From Hormiphora californensis (lineage: Eukaryota > Animalia > Ctenophora): a DNA stretch of 64,000 nucleotides. Within the stretch, counting starts at the first letter, position 1. The number at the start of each line of letters is the position of its first letter. A program made the position numbers and the translations under genes. The stretch is from positions 3,906,001-3,970,000 of the forward strand of contig CM035356.1 of assembly GCA_020137815.1 (NCBI GenBank). Reading direction: 5' to 3'. Below are positions 1-11,900 of the stretch, one piece after another. The notes under the pieces were generated by a model. The model did not search any database. It saw nothing but the letters and a program-made list of their open reading frames with translations, and was not told the DNA's origin.

Positions 1-177
1 CTAAGTAAGACAGAGCAAGTTTTTTTATAATGAGCCACCCTTTATGATGTAGATAATAGGCTTCAAAGTCATATAGGGGACATACCTTTGTCTTTCTAAC
101 TGATGCAAAAATAACCTTAACCAATAATCTCTCTCCCTCCTCTCTCCATACCCTCTCCCTCTCCCTCCCCTCACTCA

Positions 178-269
<92 letters not shown>

Positions 270-273
270 TCAG

Positions 274-3200
274 CTCGCTAAGAAGCATCACCCTGACGTT
301 GCTAAAGATGAATCATCTACTGAGAAGTTTAAGGAAGCATCCGAGGCGTACGAGGTAACCAGAATTTTAGCATTTATTAATTAACTATTTAACTTATTAG
401 CTAATTAAAGACTTGACTTGACTGGACTTGCCACGTGATACCATAGTATTCCACCAGGTGTTGAGCGACGACCAAAAACGTGCGGAATACGATGCGGCAG
501 GTCGGAACCCATTTGCTGGAGCTGGGGTAGGTGGACGAAATCCTTTTACACATGGAGGGGGTCATCCTGGTCACCCGGGTGGGGATCCTTTTGGGCAGGT
601 GAGAGTTCTTAAAGTAAACCAACTTGTAAAATCTGCCGCGGTCATAACTCCACCTCCCAATGTGATAGAGACTTTAATGTTTTTTATATGAAGAACTCCA
701 GAAAAAATTGGCATGATCTTTTTAAAAAACTCCAAGCTCTTTTTATGAACTTTTAAGACAATATTATTTTCAAGGCGGGCAGCGCAGAGGATTTCTTTAA
801 AAAGACCTTTGGAGGAGGATTTGATTTTGAGTCAATATTTGGGCAGAATCTAAACCAGCGACAGTCTCACGGCTATACACCTTCTGCTCCTAAGGTATAT
901 CACGCTGTGATTTACATTTTACTCGTTAGACTGTTATTATATTATATAGACCAATTACTGTTCATTCTGATGATAAAAACACTAATCTATAAACGCTGTA
1001 TCTTGAATCCAAGTGCTTTATCTAATTCTCCACTCTCTTTCTCGGTAGAAAATTGTAAATTCCAACCCTCAACTCAGTACACGATGACCATCTCGTTTCT
1101 TGAGGCTGCCAATGGTACCCGCCGGACTGCCACCCTCTCATACCCGACAGCGTGTGCCCGGTGCAAGGGCAGGATGGGAGAACCGGGTACCGGGCTGAGG
1201 AACTGTACTAGGTGCCGGGGAACTGGACAGGTATGTAGGGGGCAGCATTGTTTGGGAACTGGACATGTATAAAGAGGGTCCAGTAGAGTATAGAAGAATC
1301 AAGAGACATATTATTAAGACTCAGAAAAACTAAATATCACATGACCAGGAGTCATACAGGCTATAAGATGCAAACTAACAATAGGAATATATGTCTAGCT
1401 GGACCACCTGCCCCCATTATGTCCATTATGATTCTCGTTTATAGAGCATAAATCTCTTTCTCTCTCTCGTTCCCCCTCTCTCTCTCTCTCTCTTTTTCTC
1501 TCTCCCTCTCTCTCCCTCTCACCTCTCAATGTCCCCCCTCATTGTCTGTCATAGTCACATACAATGATAACTGCTAGGGGTTAGAGAGCGAGTGATAGTT
1601 AGAGAGCGAGTGATAGTCATGCCCCAGCCATGCCTAATGTTATAGAGACATGGTCTAATCGTAGTGTTACTATACCTCATATACCCCATGCTATAAGTTA
1701 CGATATAAGGCAGAACGGGCCTACTATTATATGATTCCACACCCACAGGGCTGGCTCCAGCCCGATATTCCTGGGGGGTGCAGTGGCCGAAGGCCACTGT
1801 TCCCTAATAGTAGCTTTTGCGACCGGAGCGCCCGAAGGGCGCGTAGGGAGCTCCGCCCAGGGGGGGGGTTTGGGGCGCACAGCCCCCCAACCGGGGGTCC
1901 AGGGGGCGAAGCCCCGGAAATTTTTTAACTAAATCAAGCAAATTTTAGGGTTTTTGATCATTTGTGACGTCTACTTTCTAGATTTATGAATGCTACAATG
2001 CTCTCTCTCTCTCTCACTCAGTGATGTTCACTACGTGATTTAAATTCGGTTGTGATCAGTCAAAAATTTTACTGAAAATTTTGTATTTTTGGGGTGGTTT
2101 CCCAATCCAAATGGTCTCAGACAGTCTTGGCAGCTTCGCTGCCAAGAATTTCTGGGGGGGTGTGCACCCCCCGCATCACCCCCCTGGAGCCAGCCCTGCA
2201 CACCCAGTCACCCCGCTCCCCCCTCTCCTAGGTTTTCAATTCCAGATTTCACACCCCCCCCCCCCCCCCCCCCCCCCCGCTCCTAGGTTTTCAATTCCAG
2301 ATTCCACACCCAGTCCCCCGCTCCTAGGTTTTCAATTCCAGATTCCACACCCCCCGCTCCTAGGTGGTGAATCAGATAGGTTGGTATCACGTCCAGCAAG
2401 AGTGTCCAGCGTGTCACGGCCAGGGCCAGATAATCACCCAAAAGTGCAAGGGATGTCATGGCCGGGGTACCAAGAATGTATCCGAGGAGGCAACAATCAA
2501 TATTCCATCGGGTAACTATTATAGTCGGACCCCTATTTACCGGAGAGAGATCCCAGATCCCATGATCCGGAACTAAATATGAAATTATCCGCAGGTATAT
2601 CTGATGGGACGACGGTGGCATATCGATCACAGGGGGGCACTGACATCAAAATAAACATCCAGGTATCTGCCGTTAGTTCTGCATTATAACTACTTAGTTC
2701 GGGGTTTGGTTCCTTGGGATTGGTCTGGCAGCATGGTACATGTTCTCAATTTGGACCAATTTAATCATTATTATCAGTGCTAATTTGATCCCATTACTAA
2801 CTTGACTAATTTATGACTTCTAGGTCGAGAAAAGTACAAAGTTCAAAAGGAATGATCTGGATATTCACAGTTCTGTTAACATTGACATGGCCAAGGTAAT
2901 AAAGTAACGGATGTGCAGGGTGTCCCACTTACTTACACTACTTACACCTCCCATTTTGGCCATGAGAAGATTAAATAGAGCTCACATTGCACGTACCAAC
3001 ACCCTTCCATTTTCAAACGCCTAGTTTTGTGACAAAGCTAATCACAATTATACCGCTCTGGTGATTTGCCGGAACAATATTTGACATGATTCCGACGGGT
3101 ATAGTGCGGAATAATATTATTAATTCTATTAATTTCAGGCGATCCTGGGTGGATGGCAGAGGGTGGAGGGTATAGCAGGGAACATGGACGTGAAAATACC

Positions 3201-4341
3201 TGCCAATACCCAACCTGGTAATTACCATGGCATTTAACACTGTTTAACACTGTTTAAACATTGTTTAACACTGTTTAAACACTAAACACATCAGATCTGA
3301 ACCGGAATATTTCAATATTTTTTATGTCTAACCTGGATTTACCAGACTGTCCGGCTATAAATGCACGGTATACCGAGGGTCCGGTAAACCGAGGTTTCAC
3401 TGTATAACATCCCTTGTTTGTTTGTTTGTTTGTTTGTGATTGCTGCGTCTGATAACATCCCTTATACAGGTAGTACAATGAGGTTGGCAATGAAGGGTAT
3501 CAAGGATAACATAACTAGCAGGGGCGTTGGAAACCATATTCTCAGTATCAATGTTAAACTGCCGAGGTTAGTCTCAGTGTAATCGTAACTTAGCCTTGAT
3601 TTAACCAATTTTCATATTTGAATTTGGACATAATGTTCGGTTTTATATATTCATTTCTTATCCCTCACTTTCTTCACTCATCTCTTTTCAACAAATGCTA
3701 CTATTTTCTACATCTCCCTCAGGTCCCTAACATCGCAGCAACGAATGCTTCTACAAGCATTTGAAGGTACCCTCGATGATCCTCGCGATCTCATCGCCTC
3801 TCTCAGCAAAGGTTGGTACACATCAGGAACCGACCGAAACAAGTAAACAACCAATCAGAACTCGTTATTTTGGTCACGTGACTGGTTATCAGCCAATCAG
3901 GCATCCGTATTTCCTGATTCGGTCGGTTCCTGGTACACATAGATCATGCCGCCCATTCGTATTCAATTTCATGGCTATTTTCCTGTCCCAATCTCCCAGC
4001 TAATATCGGATAATTCCACAACCGAGTGACGTCATGTGATCTCCTCTCTCTCTCAGATTTGAAACAAGATAAGATACCACCCCGGGGAGGATCCCCACCA
4101 CCTGATCCCACAAAGCCCCGATCTGATCCCACAAAGCCCCGCTCTGATCCCCCTGCACAACCCCGCTCTGATCCCCCTGCACAAGGTGATCAGGAACACC
4201 CTGGAACCGGGGAGAATTCATCGCCAGAGTCGTCCACTCCATCTGAACCGCCCCATGAAAAGAGCAAAGGTAATTACTTTATGATGAGAGATAAAATAAT
4301 CAACCTGGAATATCGCAAGCAGAAATTTTACAAATATTCAT

Positions 4342-4399
<58 letters not shown>

Positions 4400-4716
4400 T
4401 ATTATTTGTCTTTCATTTCATCTCTGCCCCACCTGTCCACTAAAGTTTTGTAATATTTTATTTGCGATATTTTAGGCGTTTCATCGGATCAAAAATATGC
4501 GATTTTCGGAGCTCTCCTTTGGAGTGGAATTTTCTTGTACTTCACCAAGGTTAGCTGCAATAACAAAGAAATTCAAAGAACAAAGAAATTCAAAGAAAAT
4601 TTAAAGAAAAAATATAGTACAGATAATTTTAATACGTTCTTTCCCCCATCTTTCAGCCTCATCTTGAAAAATGGCTATCAACATGGAACATTCAGCGAAG
4701 CGATCCAAAAGACTGA
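274..4716 (+). CDS. DNAJA3: Type I DnaJ/Hsp40 co-chaperone, mitochondrial Tid1/DNAJA3-like; multi-exon, 5' end lies upstream of the window
   Basis: Exons at about 274-354 (LAKKHHPDVAK...EASEAYE, HPD motif), 458-598, 775-894 (G/F-rich), 1078-1230 and 2364-2511 (four CxxCxGxG-type motifs), 2595-2662, 2824-2895, 3139-3217, 3470-3567, 3723-3811, 4057-4269, 4476-4549, 4657-4716. All are GT-AG and phase-compatible. Confidence 0.85.
1746..2198. mobile_element. Non-autonomous hAT-like element (MITE) in a DNAJA3 intron
   Basis: TIR CAGGGCTGGCTCCAG / CTGGAGCCAGCCCTG; 8-bp TSD CACACCCA at 1738-1745 and 2199-2206. Confidence 0.85.
3824..3932 (+). mobile_element. 109-bp hAT-like MITE (CAGGAACCGACCGAA family), copy 1
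   Basis: TIR CAGGAACCGACCGAA / TTCGGTCGGTTCCTG; 8-bp TSD GTACACAT; near-identical copies at 22529 and 38034. Confidence 0.9.
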
Positions 4717-4793
4717 TCATCATCAATGTGTTGATTTCCGTTTTTATACCTAGCCGCAACTTTTTTTACACAAAACACAGAATCTTATTAATT

Positions 4794-4941
4794 TCAGTCC
4801 GCTTTGACCTTGACCACCCATTGTACCTCCTTTTGCTTTCCCTGAGCCTTTTCTACCCCCTCACAGTGGCCACAGCTCCTCTTGCAATTCAGAGTCATCC
4901 ATTCACCATGAACACGACAGACACCTGAGAGGGAGAGAGGA

Positions 4942-4986
<45 letters not shown>

Positions 4987-5740
4987 TACAGACGTCAGAC
5001 AGACATACAGACGTCAGACATAGCGAGAGATAAGGCCAGGGGGAGATGAAGTTAAACATAACATGGTTACTATGGTTGGTTTGTTTGTTTGTCTTAGGAA
5101 CCTGGGATACTGATTTCTCCCCCTCATCTTGGTCTACTTTGATAGTATTTTCATGCTAGCCTTGATGGAAAATATAGGGGAGACCCCAGTAACTCAGTCT
5201 TACTCCAACCGACATACACGATACCCAGTGGTACACTTGTTGGTACCGAACACAGAGTCAGATGCGAGAAGCATCGCTGTCCTGGGTATCGTGCCGGATC
5301 TTGAAGTGTCTCCGACGTGGAGGGATTTTGGAAGAAGTGGGAATCGGGAAGAATAGAAGAGAAAGGTTGAGGAGCACTATGGTTGGTTACTATGGTTACT
5401 AGCTCTATAACTAACCATAATCCGCCTCGCACCAGTTACGACTAGCCCAAGCAGCACAAAACTCCTCCATCCCTTCTCCGTCTCTACACTCTCCACTATC
5501 ATCACCAACGGCGGATATCAATACCTCTTCAATGGCCGTGTCTCTCTTCCTTATGTCATGTTCGTTGGATGCAGTTGGATCAGGCGTACCAAATTCCCAA
5601 CCATTATAAACATCCATTATCATAGCGCTGGTTTTCCATGACCATGAGTGCCAGGACCGGGGTTGATCTCTGGCTGGCTCGGTTGTAAAACGAGCATACC
5701 CGAGGGATAGGAGGGCAGAAACAAGTAACAGACGCATCAT
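4794..5740 (-). CDS. Small secreted ShKT-domain prepropeptide (2 exons)
   Basis: Exon 1 5740-5416: signal peptide MMRLLLVSALLSLGYA, RKR site, CRD...CAAWASRNWC. Phase-1 splice to exon 4924-4794 (GVCRVHGEWMTLNCKRSCGHC...KAD*). TATA box at about 5777-5784. Confidence 0.7.
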
Positions 5741-6114
5741 GGTGACTCTATTATACTGATCCTACTGCTTGCCTTCTTTTTATACTAAATCAGAGACAAT
5801 AATACTGCATAATTTTGGTATAAAATGCGAGTTTAATATAATTTTGGATAACAATAAAGCTTATTAGGCGAATATAATATTCAAACCCGGAAAATAAAAT
5901 CACTCGCAATATATATTCTCTGTTTCATAGTTTATTTTCCAATATTTTTGCACTCCTGGTGATCTCATCATATAAACTGTCCACATCATTACCACATGTT
6001 CAACATGTCTCTCCTTTTCTCTCTCTCTCCCTCTCTTTCAGACATCTCTCTCTCTCTCCCTCTCTTTAACACATCTCTCTCTCTCCCTCTATTTAACACA
6101 TCTATCTCTCTCTC

Positions 6115-7628
6115 TAACACATGTGAACATGTTTACAGATTCCATCAGGGCACCGGGTGGTACCTCCAGGGCACGATCCACCACTATCATCATCACCACC
6201 CCCACACTGATCACAACTCTTGGCACAGTTCTTCTTCATCCACTCGCCATAACTCCCGCTGCAATATCCACTTGATGCCCACGATGCACAGTCTGCCTCC
6301 TCGTCCTCACAGTCAGGGACAGGCCCAACCTCATCATCACGCTCATCACTACCCTCACTTCCTCCTTCACTTCCACCCTCGCTTCCTCCCTCTGTTATAG
6401 GGAGATCATGTTAAAAAAGTGTCTCAATCAATGAATGTAGAGAAAGTATTCGCTAATCTATAAACCATATATCGGGTAATATAGTGTAGCGCATGATCAC
6501 CATGGGGCTACATAAACCCCCGGTTTATTGTTTGTGTGACTTACCAGTACCGCTCTCGGCTGCAGCGTAGACCTTCACCTCTTTCAACTCCAAACACATC
6601 TTCCCCTTGAATTTGTTTGATTGTTTAATAACGACCTGACTTCCTGTGGAATTCAGATGGTAATGGAAGAGACAGAGTGATTATGTAATTAGCGGACAGA
6701 CACTGCGAAACACACAGGCAGACATAGTGACAGATAGACAGACAGGTAGTCAAAATATGTCTGTATAAAAACGAGATGCATTCGGATGACAGACAGAGTA
6801 AAGACAAACAGAACACCAACAGAGCTCTTACCCATTTGACCTCCACAGTCAATGCTATAAGTTTGATCCTCCTTGCTATTTCCACTCTGGACCTGTAGGG
6901 TTCCACATGGAATTCCCACTGGTTCATCGTCGCCGTAAAGCATCACCTCAGCTCCATCCTGCCTCATTCTCTTGCTATCAAACCTTCCATTTAGAATCTC
7001 TACCCGAGCAATGCTATAGGAATCATCCAGCTGAAAGTGAAAATATAACGGGTTTTCAAAGTGGGTGTAGCTTATTTTGGTACCCTTATAACTTAAGGTT
7101 TAGGTCCTGTCCCTTGTCGGTGCTGAAGAAAAGATAACAACCCGAGACTCTAACTCTCTATAGTAGTACCCATTAGAAATGAGGTGCCGGAGATATCGAG
7201 GATAAAAGAAGGGAAGAACCTCCCTTTTTATGGCCCACGCCCTACTAACCTCGTATATGAAGGAAGCAGCGTTCCGCCTATCACACATGGTATGGGATGC
7301 AGTCGAATCGTCTCCATCTACTGCATAATCAGCCACTTCTTGTCTCCCTTCCATGTCAAGGTGCTGCTCTGAGAGACCCTCTTGGGGGGAATGTACTCCT
7401 CTCCGCCTCCCCCAGATTCATCACTGCCACCTTCCTCATCACTCCCATCGTGGCAGGAGCCACAGGATTTCTAGAAGGATGGCATGGGTCATGGCAAGAA
7501 AGAATACCCCCTCTCTCTCTAAGCGCGGAGAGCGCGAGAAGAGAGAGCGAGCGCGAGCAGCGCGCGAGGCAGACTCTAGCGCAAGATGAGAGCGATAGAG
7601 CAGAGATAGAGATCTAGCGCCTGCTTCG

Positions 7629-7660
<32 letters not shown>

Positions 7661-8924
7661 ATCTCTACTCTCTCTCTCTCTCTTCTCTCTCTCTATCAGA
7701 TCAAATTTCCGTGCTGCGAGCGATTTTTATCGCTCTAGTATCTCTGTTTGCAGTGTCCCACCGTTTTGTAGGAACCACCCGCAAGTGACGTTTGCCAAAT
7801 GACAAAATCGTCACCCAATTTATAAACCGTTCCTCATTACCCAGAGGCCCCCCTACTACATCGCCAGTCAACAAGTATTCTCCGGATGAGATAGGAAGAG
7901 GATTGTATGTTGCTGATATCACTCCTGAGATCTTAGGTGGTAGGAAGTATTCGAAGAAAGACTTAGCGTCTTCTTTGTCGGAGGCATGCAAGTTACTAGT
8001 TGATCTTGCAGTGCCACAGGGGAGTACTACTCCTAGTTCGAGCACTACTCCGAGTAGGAGTCACCAACCTGGGGAATGGTGGCATAGGAAAGATGATGAT
8101 AAGATCATTTTACATGAGGAACTAGCTGCGGCTCACCGAAGGGTAATTGATCTTCAAGATCAAGTTAAAGGACGAGATTAGGAACGTTGAGACCGCTACA
8201 GTTACCAAGACTGTTCAACGTGATCTGAAGAGCTACTCAGCTATGCTCAGTCAGAACTGTGCAGCAGCCTTTGCTCAGACTAGGATCCAGAAAGCTGCCA
8301 CTAAAGCATCCGTTGCGAAGCCTGATGAGGAGGACCGTTCCAGAAACTTGATTGTATTTGGACTGCCTGAGGAAGCTGAAGGAGCTACTGTGGAAACTTC
8401 TGTTACGTCTCTGTTGGAGGAAATGGACGAGAAGCCCCCGTTGACCAGTTGTACTAGGTTGGGTATGCCAGCCGAGGGTAAGTTGAGGCCTGTAAAGGTG
8501 ACTTTGAAGTCTAGAGACAGTCTTCTTGTATTGTTGAGAAAGGCATGTGAGCTGAGAAATTCTGAGAATTTTAAGCGAGTATTTCTTGAGCGAGATCGGA
8601 CTTATGAGGAGAGAGTTGAGAGGAAGAAAGCAGTGAAGACTCTAAATGAGCTGAGACAGGCGCATCCTGAGAGAAAATACGTTTTTAAGGAAGGTGTTAT
8701 TGAAAGCATCTAGAACTCATTAAATTTTGCCCCACAAGCTTGTGGAGATCCCTTTCTTGCTTTTTATGTTTTTACTATCTTGAATTGATCTCTTCGCACG
8801 CCGCACGGGGCAGGACCCACAGTTTGTTGCCATTTATTTTAATTTGAATTTACATTGCTGTGCGTTATTCCACCATCAAATTTTCAAGGCCAAGCAAAGC
8901 CACGTCTCTCTCCCTCCTCTCTAG

Positions 8925-8956
<32 letters not shown>

Positions 8957-11900
8957 CGAGAGAGAGAGAGAGAGAGAGAGAAGAGGAGAGAGAGAGATCG
9001 CTTCTCTATTCCTTGTTTTCGTAGGAAGTTAATTTGCTTTGGTGTGCTCTCTTCACCCCTTTACCTTTGCACTTGTTACACACAATTTCTCTAAATCTCT
9101 GTAACTATCTGGATTGTTTTGATTGCTATATTTGTGATTAATTATGTCGGATAGTGCTACACGAGAGAAACATGATGCCCGTAAATCTGCATTGGGTCAT
9201 CTGCTAAGTTCTGCATCCGGAAATCAGGAAATAGTACGCTGCCTCAGTTTGATTGATCCAGCCCTGCCGGACAACTCCAATGCTGCATTACTTGCCAAAC
9301 AGAGCAGAGCATCACTTGAAGGAGTTGCCACCTTCATGGGCATCGCGGACCCGAACTTGAAGAGAGTTTTCTCTAATCGGGAGAAATTGGCTGTTGTGAT
9401 TATGCGTCGTTTTCAACCAGCTGACCACCTGTGTTTGTGTGCTGAATGCAATGTGAAATACAAGCTATCTCTAGACAGTGTTTCCAGCTATTGAGTGCCA
9501 TATTGCGGGGTAGGGGGGCACATGCAGGTGAACGGGTATCATGCCTTCATTGCAGCAGCCACCAAGAGGATACATCCTCTCTCGCCACACATGGTTGGCT
9601 TTGTTAAACGGCTTATCACTCTTGTCGCAACAACGAGTTCTACTACTGCTACCCCAGCTAGTATCCCAGCCCCGTTCTCGCACAACAACAGTATTAGTTC
9701 ACCAAATTGATCAGACTCCAGTCACAGACCTTCTAAAGGGGGCTGGTTGGCTGGTAAAGAGTCTCTCGGAATTGCTGTTGTACTTGATGAAGTAAAAAGT
9801 GTCGCCAGTGATAATAATGAGCAAAAAGACCAGAGGAAGAGACTGCGGTTGAGGAGGCAAGAAAGATAGTGGACAGAAAAGGATGATATTGGAGGCGAGA
9901 CCCGGATAGCCGGCCAGTGTAGTTAAGGCATTTCTTGAGTGGGATTTGCCAAACGGGACGAAGGGGGACAACAAAGCTAATTATGGTAGACCTTGTAAGG
10001 ATTAGGCATCTAACAGTTGGCAAATCTTTCCTGAACTTGGTACTTCTAAAAAGGGCTGACCGATACTAGTTTTGTCCTTCACCAAAAACTGTGCAAATTT
10101 GTACAACAAACTGAAGAATGCTGTTTTAACTCTAAATGCAAAGCTGTACCATCCGTTTGGGTACAACAAGTGAGAAAAGCTGCAGTCAAAACTCGGGCTA
10201 ACAAGCTGGCTAACATGCAGGAAAGACCCAGCCAAAAAACCAAACCTGCCCCACCACTACTCCAGCTCCCCTGCAAGAAAAGGTTAGAGGAGACTGGAAA
10301 GTTCGCCAGATACCAGGATTTTCAAAGGTTCGAGGAGATTTCTAACCCGGCTGATAGGGAGAATGGACTCCATGGAGAAATCAGTGAGCAGGTTGCAGGT
10401 ACATGGGCTCCCGGGTCCTCCGTTAAAGTCGGCATGGCTTCCCCAAAGCCAGATGCCAGACTTCAGTTTCATGAGTCAGCCTGCCTGGTGTTAAATGCTG
10501 GGGGGTTTCAACCCTGGCGCCCCCGCAGCAATACAAGGTGGAAGAAAGCTGTTACTGAACCACGAGATTCTCTCACTTAGGGAGAAGGGGGTATGCGTAC
10601 CTTTTATAGGTATCACTGAGTCGTGGTTGAGGGATTTTCACCTGGATGCACAAATCCAGCTGCCGGGCTACCAGTGTATTCGAGCGGATAGGGTAGGTAG
10701 ACAGGGAGGAGGTGCTCTTCTTTATATAGATGAAGGTGTTCCTATTAAATGGTCAGCTAGCTACGACGATGGCCACATGTGAGGCGGTTTTCTGCCGTCT
10801 CCCATCTTGTTCCCATGAGTATTGCTGTTAGTATACCGACCCCTGATGCCCCCTTATCACAGCTTTTCCGGAGGTTCTCCAGTTTTTAGTTTCCAACTTA
10901 GAAGAAAGGACCCGGATACCGATTTCTTCCTTATGGGGGACTTTAATTTTCCGACAATTGATTGGAAAAACCTGTCTATCGGAGGCAGGTCAGCAGAAAA
11001 TACACGGTCAGCTCGAGATCTTCTGGAGTTTTCGGAGAACCATTTTCTGCAACAGGTTGTGGAATCCCCTACTAGAGGGCAAAACATCCTTGACTTGTTC
11101 CTTGTGAACAAGGTATCTCTGGTGGGCAAAGTTCAGGTGGTAGGCACAGAGATGTCGGACCATAACCTAGTGCATGTGGGTCTTACCTTCCACCCATCTC
11201 GCCCTCAACAGAGACATCGAGCTAAACTGGAAGGATTCAGAGCTCTTGACTGGCCCAACGGGGACTACGATCTCCTGAGAGGAGAGACTAGCCGAGCTAA
11301 ACTGGGAAAAGCTTCACAGTGAGAGCGATTTTCAGAGTTTTCCAAGTGTGTTCACCCAAGAAATTCTCTCTGTCTGCCAGGAGGTATTCCCGGAAGTAAA
11401 AGCTCCCAAAGGGAAACCAAACTGCTACAAAAAGCTACGGAGAAAGAAGATCAAACTCCGAGCACGTATGGAAGCCCTGAGAAGTAAGGACCAAGTAGCA
11501 GCAGCAGAAGAGGTAGAGGAGCATCTTTCTCAGGTCTGCCTAGAGATCAAAGACCTGGTACTAGCTAGGAAAGATGACCGTGAGCGACGTGCGGTACTGA
11601 AGATGAAGTCAGACCCACGGTACTTCTACTCCTTCGCAAAATCTTTTGCAAAGGGGAAGTCTAGCATTCCCCTGATCACAAAAGAGGATGGCTCCATGGT
11701 AACTGAACCCAAAGATATCGCAGACGCTTTTCAAAGCGAGTTCTGCAGGGTGTTTAGCGACCCGAACAACCCCGAAACCGAGGAGCCTACCTTCAATAAG
11801 CCTGAGCTATCATGGTTAGATGATGGTATTGAGCTACACGATGAAGATATCATCAAGGTGTGTAAGGACCTGGAGTCTTCTTCCTCACCCGGACCGGATG

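Noticed and set aside
7325-7340. Frameshifts as programmed recoding or pseudogenisation (also about 56833 in DAP3-like and 37060-37250 in cathepsin 2)
   Set aside because: Single-base indels in short homopolymers, including in an essential gene, are best explained by unpolished long-read consensus; cannot be resolved without reads.
7520-7630. CG-rich GAGCGCGAG tract as a CpG island or regulatory element
   Set aside because: Looks like a degraded or miscalled (GA)n arm of a GA/CT palindrome.
8729-8811. Structured motif as a hammerhead/HDV ribozyme or tRNA
   Set aside because: No CUGANGA/GAAA core, no recognisable HDV pseudoknot and no A/B boxes; kept only as a structured element end.
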